In this document: positions 9,901 through 18,571 of the stretch, piece after piece
Position numbering within the stretch: the first letter of the stretch is position 1
How the letters are laid out: each line of letters opens with the position of its first letter
Source: an uncultured Planctomycetota bacterium
GTDB taxonomy: Bacteria; Planctomycetota; Planctomycetia; Pirellulales; Lacipirellulaceae
Assembly (NCBI GenBank): GCA_963719315.1
Contig: CAVRBU010000010.1
Location: 32,001 to 96,000, forward strand
Reading direction: 5' to 3'
DNA length: 64,000 nucleotides
The notes under the pieces: generated by a model
The model's database searches: none
What the model was told of the DNA's origin: nothing
The model's input: only the letters and a program-made list of their open reading frames with translations
Program-made: the position numbers and the translations under genes

Positions 9901-11223
9901 AGCGACAATCCGTTTTACGACAATAGCGACGGCATTAGCGCCCGTGACTATGTATACGCCTATGGCTTTCGCAACCCGTTTGGCGGCGCGTGGCGGGCAT
10001 CCGACGGAAAGCAATATGAGGTTGAGAACGGACCGAGCGTGGATCGGCTAGCCCAAGTCAACGCCGGAGTGAGTTATGGTTGGAATGGCTCGGACGCCTC
10101 GATGGCAACCAATGCAGCCTACAATTGGGCAACGGCTCACGCGCCGGTGAACATTACGTTCGTTCAGCAGGAGACGTTCAACGGCAGCCAATTCCCAGCG
10201 TCCACTATGGATCATGCATTCGTTAGCGAATCCGGCCCTACCTACGCCTCGGGGCCGCAATCAAATGGAAAACGTCTTGTCGAATTCAATTTGAGCGCTG
10301 ACGGTACCATGGTTCTCGCCGGGCCGGACGCTTTAGTGCAGTACGTCGGTACTGGCCATAGTTCCGTCGTGGGACTTGCCGCTGGGCCTGATGGCCTTTA
10401 CTTTACCGAACTCTATGAAGATTCGGGAGCCAATGGGGCAACCGCGAGCGGCGCCCGTATCTATCGCGTGCGGTACGTGAACCCTCTGCAAGGCGACTAC
10501 AATATCGACGGCGTAGTTGACGACGAAGACTACGCTGCGTGGAGGAGCACTTTCGGTTCCAATTTGCTTCTTGCTGCCGACGGGAATGGCAATGGTGTGG
10601 TGGACGCAGGCGATTATGTCGTTTGGCGCTCGAATGTCGGGAACACTCTAGGTAGTGGGGCGACAGCGTCTTCCGCCTCACTGTCTCAAGATGATTCGAT
10701 CCCCGCTTCAACGCCGGAATCCAATCGTGCGGAGTTCCTGCCTGGGCCACGTACGGCTGATCCTGCAGCCGCTATTTCATCAGAAACCAATTCATCCGCG
10801 GCGAATGTCCTTTCAACAACCGAGGTCACCGCGAATCGCCAGCTAGTCGCCAGCGTAGATATTGCCCACCAAAGTTCTCCTGTTGAGACAACTAACTTCC
10901 CTGTTGATACTGTTCCATTTGATTCTCTCTGGCACTCTATACACACTCGGTCGCCAGCAGTTACAAAAGAACGCACCTGGGCGACGGACCAGGCTTTCCA
11001 ACGCTGGTTCACGCCTGATGCCGACAATCTATTCGCAGTTTGGCCGCGCCAGGCAGATCCGATTGTGCCCGCGATCGATGGGTTGCTGTTACTACGATCG
11101 AAAAAACCAGACGTGGCTTCCGATCACAGTACGTTCGATTCAGTTTTCGATCACCTTGCAGACAAGACTGTCGGAACCACTCGGTTCCGCGATCTAATTG
11201 CAGAGCACAGCACTCGACGGTAG
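6976..11223 (+). CDS. 1415-aa extracellular multidomain protein: LEPR-XLL leader, CBM-like domain, two discoidin-like domains, PQQ-dependent sugar dehydrogenase (GSDH-like) domain, dockerin-like motif
   Basis: RALRIECLEARQLLA; GPDGKLYVHLGDG...RGKILRMNLDGTAPSDNPF...YAYGFRNPF; GPDGLYF; GDYNIDGVVDDEDYAAWRSTFG...ADGNGNGVVDAGDYVVWR. Confidence 0.9.
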   Translation: MRKQTQRRRPRALRIECLEARQLLAGDTYLVNFQNDEASVPTHYLSDTGQLFGDRGNGFSYGWSSDHTDQAFERSADPDQRLDTLIRIEAGQKWEFALSNGLYEVTVAVGDPGNNDGVQTINVEGVNYWSAVPDTSVALMQTQQISVNDGRLTIDSGAAADLATRIDFVHIVGLANSPNASPSAPIITEPSVAGQVVNPADVHMEAIGYSDADGDAHKSSDWQIWTVGPGAEPVWQTLGIEGVQKNHTHLGDGVFINAQAGKIELAANTDYELRVRFRDDAGSVSSYSTRTFHTGAASTIFPLLIEDVSTNPAPTWIDVFGTPVDLPTGGIGILAPGDSIIPIDTDPPASNSNYPAAESPAKAIDGTLTKYLNFGEEGSGFIVTPGGSTIVQSFRITTANDANERDPSSFELWGTNDAIVSADNSTGLGESWTLIAAGALALPTARNTPGPVVPITNATAYASYKMLYPTVRNAGAANSMQIAEVSFFQSNDGTGTDILDPTDPILAVHIAPSSRSPATEGVANAIDQSVNTKYLNFGRENSGFIVTPSSGSSVVNRFQITTANDSPSRDPASWELYGTNDLITSGVNSQGNAENWTLIDSGALNLPQARMTAGAEVAVNNSAGAFTSYRMVFPTIRDAAAGDADSMQFADIQFFSDDSGATTPPTLQLEAGDTGEPLLLIEGSGQPGNIVTDFPELPESHAKVRVVITAGSSNVVMNASDLEFSDDHGTSHTVYLPAVNLAAGGRLDLWVSNAGGTYYGTSAQTEPDFSSLARQPNLDIPFITTQPGYVVEEVGSGYRLPVNIAFVPNPGPNPDDPLYYVTELYGSIQVVTRDGTKHEFATGLLDYNPNGPISGSGEQGLTGIAIQRDEQNPEIYHLFVSMLWDNGSPAGGATHYPKIERIDSAAGGLTMATRTVLLNMQPETQGQSHQISNVTIGPDGKLYVHLGDGFDASTALNLNMFRGKILRMNLDGTAPSDNPFYDNSDGISARDYVYAYGFRNPFGGAWRASDGKQYEVENGPSVDRLAQVNAGVSYGWNGSDASMATNAAYNWATAHAPVNITFVQQETFNGSQFPASTMDHAFVSESGPTYASGPQSNGKRLVEFNLSADGTMVLAGPDALVQYVGTGHSSVVGLAAGPDGLYFTELYEDSGANGATASGARIYRVRYVNPLQGDYNIDGVVDDEDYAAWRSTFGSNLLLAADGNGNGVVDAGDYVVWRSNVGNTLGSGATASSASLSQDDSIPASTPESNRAEFLPGPRTADPAAAISSETNSSAANVLSTTEVTANRQLVASVDIAHQSSPVETTNFPVDTVPFDSLWHSIHTRSPAVTKERTWATDQAFQRWFTPDADNLFAVWPRQADPIVPAIDGLLLLRSKKPDVASDHSTFDSVFDHLADKTVGTTRFRDLIAEHSTRR
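8003..8922 (+). repeat. ~930-bp inverted paralogous segment, copy 2 (matches 1546-2478)
   Basis: Direct comparison with the reverse complement of 1546-2478. Confidence 0.93.
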
Positions 11224-11311
11224 CAACGAGTCGTAACGCGACCGAAAATCGCGATCAACGGTGAACACGCATAAAAGTGCAACTTGTTATGTTCCTGGCA
11301 GTCCCTCTTAG

Positions 11312-12874
11312 CTCCCCGTAAGGAACCCTCTTCGTAACAATACTCTCTTTTGCGAAACTCAGAAGTTGTTTCCTGGCAAGAAGTTGCCGAGTTCGAGACC
11401 CTTTCGGTCGGCATCGGAACAAACGCAACCGGTTGCGAAATGGCGACTGGCGGGTTAACGCAAAATGTCGAGCGACTGTCAACCTGCGGACATTTTGTTA
11501 GCGGTTCAAAGAATCGCCCGGCCGGTTAACAGCCGCTCGAGCGCCGATCACTTCTCATTCCATGTATCTTGCCAGATCGTCACGGCCTGCCAGAACGAGC
11601 CTCACTGGATTCAGAAATGATCGACATCCCTCCGTCCACGGCCGGCACCTTCGGTGTACAAAAAGATTGCCACTTCTCGATTCTGCACGGCAATTCCCGG
11701 ATAATACCATCGTGAGCCAACTTTTCCAGCCACTACTATTCCTGCTCGCCCGTTCGACCACCGACGATCTTCAGAAGCAGGTCGAGTTCCTCAAAGCCGA
11801 GAACGAAATGCTCCGCAAGCGGGTGCCCAAGAAGCATATCTTTCTCGAGCCAGCGGAGCGAGACAAGTTATTGAAACTGGGCAAGGAACTCGGCCCCGGC
11901 ATTCGCCAGCTCATCACCATCGTCAGTTACTCCACATTCCGTCGTTGGGTCCGTAAAGACGAAGGTAAGGCCGGACCGACTCGAAAAGGCCGGCCACGCG
12001 TGGCATCGATCGTCCGTGAACTGGTGGTCTTGATCGCGACAGAGACGGGTTGGGGCTACACCCGCATTCTCGGCGAACTAAAGAAGTTGCGCGTCGGTCC
12101 GGTCAGCCGCCAGTCCGTGAAGAACATTCTCATCGAACATGGTCTCGATCCCGGTCCCAAGCGGGGCAAAGGAACCTGGAGCGACTTCCTACGAATTCAT
12201 GCCGAAACGCTCTGGCAGTGTGACTTTTTCAGCAAGCGCATCTGGACGCTCCAAGGACCACGGCAGATCTTTGCGATGGCCTTCATCCACTTGGCCACGC
12301 GACGGGTGTTCGTCACGCCGGGCACGTTCCAGCCGGATGCCGTCTGGATGGACCAACAAGCCCGCGCTTTCTCGACCACGCTGCCGGAGAGCACCTTCCT
12401 TGCGAGATCGTCACACGTGACTATGACGGAAAGTTCTTTAAGGCGTTCGACCAGGTCTTTAAGGACCGGTCCATCCAGGTAAAGCTGGTCGGTCCGCAAG
12501 CGCCGAATTTGAACGCCTTCATCGAGCGCTGGATTCAGAGTTTGCAGGTCGAGGCCCTCAACCACTTCATTGTCTTTGGCCGGGAGCATTTCGACTTCAT
12601 CGTGTCGGAATACGTGGCTTATTATCAGGAACTTCGGCCCCATCAGGGTATCGGCAACGTGCTCCTGCCGAGAAGAAACGCGGAACCGGTCGAAGCTGCT
12701 GGCTACGCCGAAGAATCAGCGACGCCACTACTCGTGCTCGCCGGCATCACGTGCGAGCGTCGCCTCGGCGGCCTGCTTAAACACTTCTACCGCACCGCCG
12801 CCTAGTCGGCGACGTTCAAGTCCTTGGTTCAATTGTCAAACAATAGTCGGCGCCGATGAACCGCGCCAGGGTCG
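11312..12874 (+). mobile_element. DDE (rve) integrase element, copy 1, with ~400-nt non-coding leader and conserved 3' tail
   Basis: Starts CTCCCCGTA. Shares GAGTTCGAGWCC, GGTTAACAG, the exact CGGTGTACAAAAAGATTG (11652) and a 53-nt 3' tail (12822-12874) with the element at 21758-23252. Right end uncertain. Confidence 0.65.
11712..12805 (+). pseudogene. Integrase-core-domain (DDE) transposase with a 1-nt deletion frameshift at ~12370
   Basis: Paralogue of 22138-23184: WGYTRILGEL, LWQCDFF, then (shifted frame) TRDYDGKF, NAFIERWIQS, RPHQG, RLGGLLKHFYR. Confidence 0.88.
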
Positions 12875-13129
12875 TGATCGCAGCCCACCTTCCGCTCGTG
12901 CCCTTGTTCGTCAGCCAAATTGTCGTCTGTTCTGTTGGCAATCGGGTTGCTTCAACCTCGTTGTTTCTCCGTTCCCGTCAACGGTTTGTGATTCGCATTC
13001 TATTTGTACTGGACGGCCTCCGGGCAACTCAAGCCCGTCATGAATAAAGTGCGATCAGAAGCATCAAACCCCGCCAAGAAATCTCGGCGGATTTGCCAAA
13101 TCCGACCGAATGGCGGGCATATCGCAGTC

Positions 13130-13681
13130 TTAGCTCAGGTCACGGCGGAGCCAACTACGAGCGTAAGTCCAATTGCGTTCAGCAGTTCGCAGCGGCATAC
13201 CCAGTGCTTCGGCCGCCTGGGGCATCGTCATGCCGGCGAAGTAGCGGAGCTTAACGAGCGAGGCCGCAGTGGCGTCCTGGCTTTCCAGTCGACGGAGCGA
13301 CTCGTCCAGTTCCAACAATTCCTCCGACGGAGTAGCGATCTCGACTTGCGCCAAGTCGATCGGGACACGACGCTGGTCGCCGCCGCGGCAGACTTGTTGT
13401 TTGCGGCGGGCACTTTCGATCAAGATCCGCCGCATCGCCTCCGCAGCTGCCATAAAAAAGTGCCTCCGGCTGTTCCAATCTTGAACCTTCTCGGTGTCAA
13501 CCAGTCGGAGATAGGCCTCATGCACTAAGGCGGTGGCTTGCAACGTCTGACCCGGATGCTCGTTCGCGAGTTTGGCAGCCGCGAGTTTACGGAGTTCGTC
13601 GTAGACCAGTGGCAGTAGCCGTTCGGCAGCAGCGGGATCACCGTGCTCGATCTCGGACAAGATTTGCGTTACGTCGGCCAT
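13130..13681 (-). CDS. ECF-type sigma factor, planctomycete kinase-associated type (TIGR02999-like)
   Basis: MADVTQIL...LLPLVYDELRKLAA...TLQATALVHEAYLRL...HFFMAAAEAMRRIL...LRYFAG...WTYARSWL. Confidence 0.93.
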   Translation of the reverse strand: MADVTQILSEIEHGDPAAAERLLPLVYDELRKLAAAKLANEHPGQTLQATALVHEAYLRLVDTEKVQDWNSRRHFFMAAAEAMRRILIESARRKQQVCRGGDQRRVPIDLAQVEIATPSEELLELDESLRRLESQDATAASLVKLRYFAGMTMPQAAEALGMPLRTAERNWTYARSWLRRDLS

Positions 13682-14645
13682 AAAAAGTGGCCATGGTTCA
13701 TTTGACCAAACCGCCTGATTGTAGCAGTTCCATCAGGGAAAAGCGCCGACGCCTTCCCGTTGACCGCGCCTTAGGCCAAGAGCCGGCCGACTGCATGTCG
13801 AAATACGTTGGGTTGATGATGCAGTTGCGGCGGTTCCACGCCAGAACCGTGTCAAAACCTCCGAGCAGACGTTTTCCGGAACGGGAATCCATGTTCCGAA
13901 AAACGGGTTCCGGATTGCTTGCGGCACGCCGGCGACTACCCGCCGGGTGGGAGTTACACGAGGGTCATTAAACGACGCAATTCGAATAAGGTACTGCCTC
14001 GATCAAAACCCCGCCGGGAGTTGTCGGGCCGTGGAAGTGCCGGCGGTTGGACAAACCGCTGTAGCTTAGTGTTTCGTCCAACTACTGGCGGTGAAGGAGA
14101 CCTCTGTTGCTACGCCATCACATCGACGACAAAACGGTCGTGGCCATCGACGCTCAGAACTGACTAAACCCTCGCGACCCATGAGGACGTGTACTGCGTC
14201 GGCGAGCTTTGACAACCCGCGGCCGCTGGCGCACTGACCGGCGGAGTTAGTGGCCAATGTTTTCCGCGAGCGCACAAGCGGGGTGCATTAGGTGCACGCA
14301 ACCACGCACTGGCGAGTGGGGTGGATCAAATCCTCGTCGCATTAGGGTCCCATACGCGCAAGACAGATTTGCTGCATGCCAACGCCGAGACCAATCTCCG
14401 ATGGAACTTGCTCGAGCAGGGATGGGGGGCGATACGCGACAATTCCGCTGTGCGCTCGCGTCTTATTCCTTGCAATCGCCACTTTGTGCAGCAATAATCG
14501 TTGGCAGAACAGGGTGGCTCTGACGCTTCCTCGTCGTGGAACGGGAATGGGAGTTTGATCATTCCGCTGGGGTGTGTGCCCAAAGCCTGCTGGGTTAAGG
14601 CCACAACGACTAACCTCAGCATCGCCTCTAACTGGGAATCTGGTC

Positions 14646-15374
14646 ATGACTCGTTCACAGCCGATAATAATTGCAGGTCTCGCTGTCGTCGTCGCTCTCG
14701 CCTCAGAAGCACGAGCGGGGAATAAGTTGTTCGTCGGCGGCTTGTCCTGGAATACTGATGATGATTTCGCTTTCGTCGATACGTCCACCGATCCCGCCAG
14801 AGTAGTGCAGGATCTCAGTATCTCGTTGACTGATGCTCGTGCGGGAACTCTGCTAAATCCGGGCAGCACTTTGCCTACGAGTTCAGTGCTGGGCATCATC
14901 AACCTTGGACCGGATGACCTAGGGGATGCAGGTTTCTTCGACGTATTTTACGCTGGCCTCCCAGGCGACTTTCCCACTAGTAGTACCTTTGAGGTGTTTC
15001 TTGACATCGTCAATCCAATCACCGGTGAACCCGTCGCCACAAATCAGGGAACGGTCAAGAAAATGAGCAGAGGATTTGGCTTCGTAGCATTTGCAGAAGA
15101 GGCCGGCGGAGCAGAATACCTTTATTCGATTTCAGGCGAGATCAATCCGGCGCAGCCGGGACTGTCGTTCAGCGAGTTGCTCACCAGAAGGGGAGAGCCG
15201 GTCGGATTGAACTTCGACGGCATTGTCATTCTGCCGGAGTTGCAATTTGACGGGACCGGAGTGATTGACCCTGCACTGCCTTTATTTAGGATCACGATAG
15301 CCAACATCCCCGAACCCACGACCTCCGCACTCGCGCTGGCCGCACTCTGTTTGGTGATGAGGCGGCATCGCTAA
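14646..15374 (+). CDS. PEP-CTERM secreted protein containing RNP2-like and RNP1/cold-shock-like peptide motifs
   Basis: Signal peptide MTRSQPIIIAGLAVVVALASEARA; C-terminus IPEPTTSALALAALCLVMRRHR; KLFVGGLSWNTDD and QGTVKKMSRGFGFVAF. Confidence 0.82.
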   Translation: MTRSQPIIIAGLAVVVALASEARAGNKLFVGGLSWNTDDDFAFVDTSTDPARVVQDLSISLTDARAGTLLNPGSTLPTSSVLGIINLGPDDLGDAGFFDVFYAGLPGDFPTSSTFEVFLDIVNPITGEPVATNQGTVKKMSRGFGFVAFAEEAGGAEYLYSISGEINPAQPGLSFSELLTRRGEPVGLNFDGIVILPELQFDGTGVIDPALPLFRITIANIPEPTTSALALAALCLVMRRHR

Positions 15375-15518
15375 AGTGGGGCGGTCGCATTGTCTCGTTC
15401 AGCTTGGGATTTCCCGAAATGCCAGCGGATGGACAAGCCGCCGCGGCTCAGCGTTTCGACTACCTGCGGGCGGTGAGGCAGACCGCCGCAGCTGCGCCAT
15501 CATATAGATGACATGACG

Positions 15519-15562
15519 CCTCCTCGAACAGGACTCGAACTGAAACAGAGACGCCTACAGCG
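15519..15562 (+). repeat. att-like junction, type A (tRNA-3'-like), copy 1
   Basis: CCTCCTCGAACAGGACTCGAACTGAAACAGAGACGCCTACAGCG matches 17477 and 33299. Confidence 0.85.
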
Positions 15563-15592
15563 GTCGAGTAGCGATTGTCGCGTAACTTTCAA

Positions 15593-17359
15593 TCATCCGC
15601 GGAAGTAAACGTAAGCTGCGACGATCGCGACCAAGACCACGCAGGATGCGATCACATCGATCGCCGACCAACTGCTCCGCGACTCTCGCCGTTGCTCCTC
15701 GGTGAGCGTGCCGTACGTTAAACCGCGAATGCGCTCCTCCGATGGGGCACGCGTGGCGTAGCTCGCCAGCACCATCACCGCAGTCGAGACCAGAAAAATC
15801 AGCAGGCTGAAATACTGGAAGTACATGTTGTTGATAATGTAATTCAGGCTGCCGGGTGCGTATCCGTCTTGATAGCCTTCCCATTGAAGGCTCACCGGCG
15901 TGTCGACCGCCAATCGCCACAGGCCCAGACCAAAACCCACCAGCAACGCGGCCAGACACCCGGCCGCGTTAAGCCGCTTGAAGAAAACGCCGCCGAAAAA
16001 CACGACGAAGATCGGCGGAGCCAGATAACTTTGCACGCCCTGCAGATAGCCGTAAAGGCTCCTCGCCTCGCTGATGACCGGCACCCATACGAGCCCCAGC
16101 AAAACCATGATGCTGGTTGCCACTCGGCCGATCCAAACAAGCTGACCCTGCGAGGCGTTCGGATGAACCTTTTGATACAGGTCGATCGTGAACAACGTCG
16201 ACGACGCGTTAAACACGCCGGCCAGCGAACTCATCAGCGCGGAGAGCAACCCGGCCACGACGATACCCCGCACTCCCATCGGCAAAACGGTTCGCACGAG
16301 CAGCGGAAATGCGGCCTGCGCCCGATCGCGAACGACCTCGCCGTTGGCGTCCATCATCGCCTCCAAGCCCTCGACTTTGCCGGTCTTGGCCAGCGCAAAG
16401 CAGATGATGCCGGGAATAATAAAGATGAACACGGGCAGCAATTTGAGAAACGCGGCGCAGATGCTGCCCCGCCGGGCGTCGGTTTCGCTTCGGGCGCCCA
16501 GCGCCCGCTGCACGATGTACTGATCCGTACACCAGTACCACAGCCCGATAATCGGCGCGCAAAACAGCATACCGACCCAGGGATAATTCCCGTTGTCGAA
16601 ATACCATGCGGCCCGGCCCGCTTCGCGCACCGGTTCCCAAGTCGCCTCCACGCCCTCGGGCATAATCGGCTGCCACAGATTGAACATTCCCGAACCGGCC
16701 ACGGCCCGCAATTCCTGCCAGCCGCCGAGCGCCTCCAGGCCATACCATGTCACCAACACCGACCCAAGAATCAGGATGAACGTTTGCACCGCCTCGGTAT
16801 AAGCCACCGCTCGAAATCCGCCCAGCACCGTATACACACCGGTGAGCAAGATCACGAGGATCGAGCCGAACCAGAAGCTGTCGACGTTCACGCCGCCAAC
16901 CGTAAACCCGACATCAGGCAGCAACGTGCGAAATACGATTCCGCCCGCAAAAATGCCCACCGCAATCTTCGTCAGCACGTAGGCCACCAGCGAAATCACC
17001 GACAGCATCAGCCGCGACGACACTGAAAACCTCTTCTCCAAAAACTCGGGCATCGTGAACACTTGCGACCGCATGTAGAACGGCACAAACACCCAGCCCA
17101 GCACCAAGAGGCACCAGGCGTGCAGCTCGTAATGCGCGAAGATCACACCGTCGGTAGCGCCGGTGCCGGCCAGCCCAACCAGGTGCTCCGACCCGATGTT
17201 CGAAGCGAAGATCGACGCCCCGACTATCCACCACGCCAGGTGCCGCCCGGCAAGAAAGTAATCGTCAGCCGTGTTCTTGTTTTGCAGGATGACCCACCAA
17301 GCCAATCCGAGCAGCAAAACAAAATACCCGCCGATCACCGCCCAATCGATCCAGTGCAT
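15593..17359 (-). CDS. Sodium:solute symporter (SGLT-like sugar transporter)
   Basis: DYFLAGR, ASIFASNIGSEHLVGLAG, TMPEFLEKRF, WYWCTDQYIVQRAL, ALMSSLA; many TM helices. Confidence 0.95.
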   Translation of the reverse strand: MHWIDWAVIGGYFVLLLGLAWWVILQNKNTADDYFLAGRHLAWWIVGASIFASNIGSEHLVGLAGTGATDGVIFAHYELHAWCLLVLGWVFVPFYMRSQVFTMPEFLEKRFSVSSRLMLSVISLVAYVLTKIAVGIFAGGIVFRTLLPDVGFTVGGVNVDSFWFGSILVILLTGVYTVLGGFRAVAYTEAVQTFILILGSVLVTWYGLEALGGWQELRAVAGSGMFNLWQPIMPEGVEATWEPVREAGRAAWYFDNGNYPWVGMLFCAPIIGLWYWCTDQYIVQRALGARSETDARRGSICAAFLKLLPVFIFIIPGIICFALAKTGKVEGLEAMMDANGEVVRDRAQAAFPLLVRTVLPMGVRGIVVAGLLSALMSSLAGVFNASSTLFTIDLYQKVHPNASQGQLVWIGRVATSIMVLLGLVWVPVISEARSLYGYLQGVQSYLAPPIFVVFFGGVFFKRLNAAGCLAALLVGFGLGLWRLAVDTPVSLQWEGYQDGYAPGSLNYIINNMYFQYFSLLIFLVSTAVMVLASYATRAPSEERIRGLTYGTLTEEQRRESRSSWSAIDVIASCVVLVAIVAAYVYFRG

Positions 17360-17476
17360 CGCACCCAAATGTTCGCCCGCTAGGAGAAGTCGTTTCGTGG
17401 AAAAGATGCCGGCCAATCTAGAATCAATCGTTCGCAGTCTAACCAGCCGTCGAGCGAATCACAACAGGCCAATGCA

Positions 17477-17668
17477 CCTCCCCAAACAGGACTCAAATTG
17501 AAACAGAGCCATCTACAGCGCCAAATTCCCCGGCGTCTCATAGACACTCCGCGTATTCTCCGTCCTGGCCGCCAGATCTAGCCCCATCTCGAGCGCCAGG
17601 ATCCCATCAATCCACTCGCAGCTCTTCTTCTTGGACGGCTTCCAGTTGTCGGCCGCATCCTGTTTGAT
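17477..17668 (+). repeat. att-like junction type A, copy 2, plus a ~150-bp relic of the terminase large subunit 3' end
   Basis: About 190 bp closely matching 33299-33490; encodes QDAADNWKPSKKKSCE...NTRSVYETPGNLAL* on the minus strand. Confidence 0.9.
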
Positions 17669-17686
17669 TAAGCCGTACGTCCAGAG

Positions 17687-18325
17687 TTACAGCATGGCGA
17701 AGAGTTGCCCAAGAGGTGTGGAGTTATCAACTCGGGCATGTAAATATCGCGAGGTAATGCTGACATTGCCGTGTCCCACCGCATCGCGAACCTCCGCCAG
17801 GGTCCGACCTCCAGCCAGCGCATGGCTAATAAAGGTATGCCGGCCGTGATGGATGGTCAGCGATTCGAGCCTTTCGGAACCAAGCACCTTGCAGGCCGTG
17901 CGGAATCGCTTCCGCAGCGTATGCCGGGAGAGTTGTTTTGCCTCTCGGCCTGGCTGGAGCGACGCCACGAAGGGTTGCGTCGGCCCGGCGCCGCTTTCGA
18001 TCCTGAACGCCCGCCACGCCGCCAGGTCGGCCAGCGTCCCCGCGTCCCACCACAACGGCACCGTCCGCGACCGGCCACCCTTGGCTGCTCCGACGCGGAT
18101 TCGCAAGTGCGGCCTGGGCAACTCCGTCCGCACGTCGCCAACCTGGAGCATCGCAATTTCACTGGCCCGCAGGCCGCAACAGGTGGCCAGACGGAAGATC
18201 ACAAGATTCAGGCGAGTATTTTTGGACCGCGGCGCCTTACGCCGTAAGTCGGCCAACACGGCGGCCAGTTCGCTCCGGGTGAGAAGCTTGGTCGGATCGG
18301 CCAGTCGGGAACTGTGCGTTTTCAT
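17687..18325 (-). CDS. Short tyrosine recombinase (catalytic domain only)
   Basis: R-K-H-R-H-Y set present: GLRASE, AAKGG, HHGRHTF, GHGNVSITSRYLH. Confidence 0.93.
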   Translation of the reverse strand: MKTHSSRLADPTKLLTRSELAAVLADLRRKAPRSKNTRLNLVIFRLATCCGLRASEIAMLQVGDVRTELPRPHLRIRVGAAKGGRSRTVPLWWDAGTLADLAAWRAFRIESGAGPTQPFVASLQPGREAKQLSRHTLRKRFRTACKVLGSERLESLTIHHGRHTFISHALAGGRTLAEVRDAVGHGNVSITSRYLHARVDNSTPLGQLFAML

Positions 18326-18571
18326 CTTCGTCGCCTTTCTTGGGTGGGTTTCACTTAGCACGGCCAATGCCTGGCCGTAGTCACCAGTCAGTACCTCGAC
18401 GTCAAACCCAAGGGAAGCGGGCTCGGACCCCTTTCGCCCATGTTGGGTCCGAACTTGCGCGGTGAGAGTTAGGCGGGCCGAAACGATGCTGCGTAAAGCA
18501 CGCCGTGGTTCGTCGCTAAAACCCCGGCGGCCGGTTTTCAGCCGGAACTTCCTTTGCGCGGCGGGAAACGG

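Noticed and set aside
12360..12380. Programmed ribosomal frameshift in integrase copy 1
   Set aside because: No slippery heptamer, and the paralogue at 22138 is a single ORF.
13690..14640. Coding gene or riboswitch in the ECF to PEP-CTERM intergenic region
   Set aside because: The short ORFs show no motifs, and I could not identify a known RNA fold.
15869..17026. Long antisense or alternative-frame ORFs (e.g. 15869-17026, 20486-21286, 36828-37910, 55345-56403, 56144-57118, 39750-40670)
   Set aside because: They are shadows of well-supported genes in GC-rich DNA and carry no recognisable motifs.
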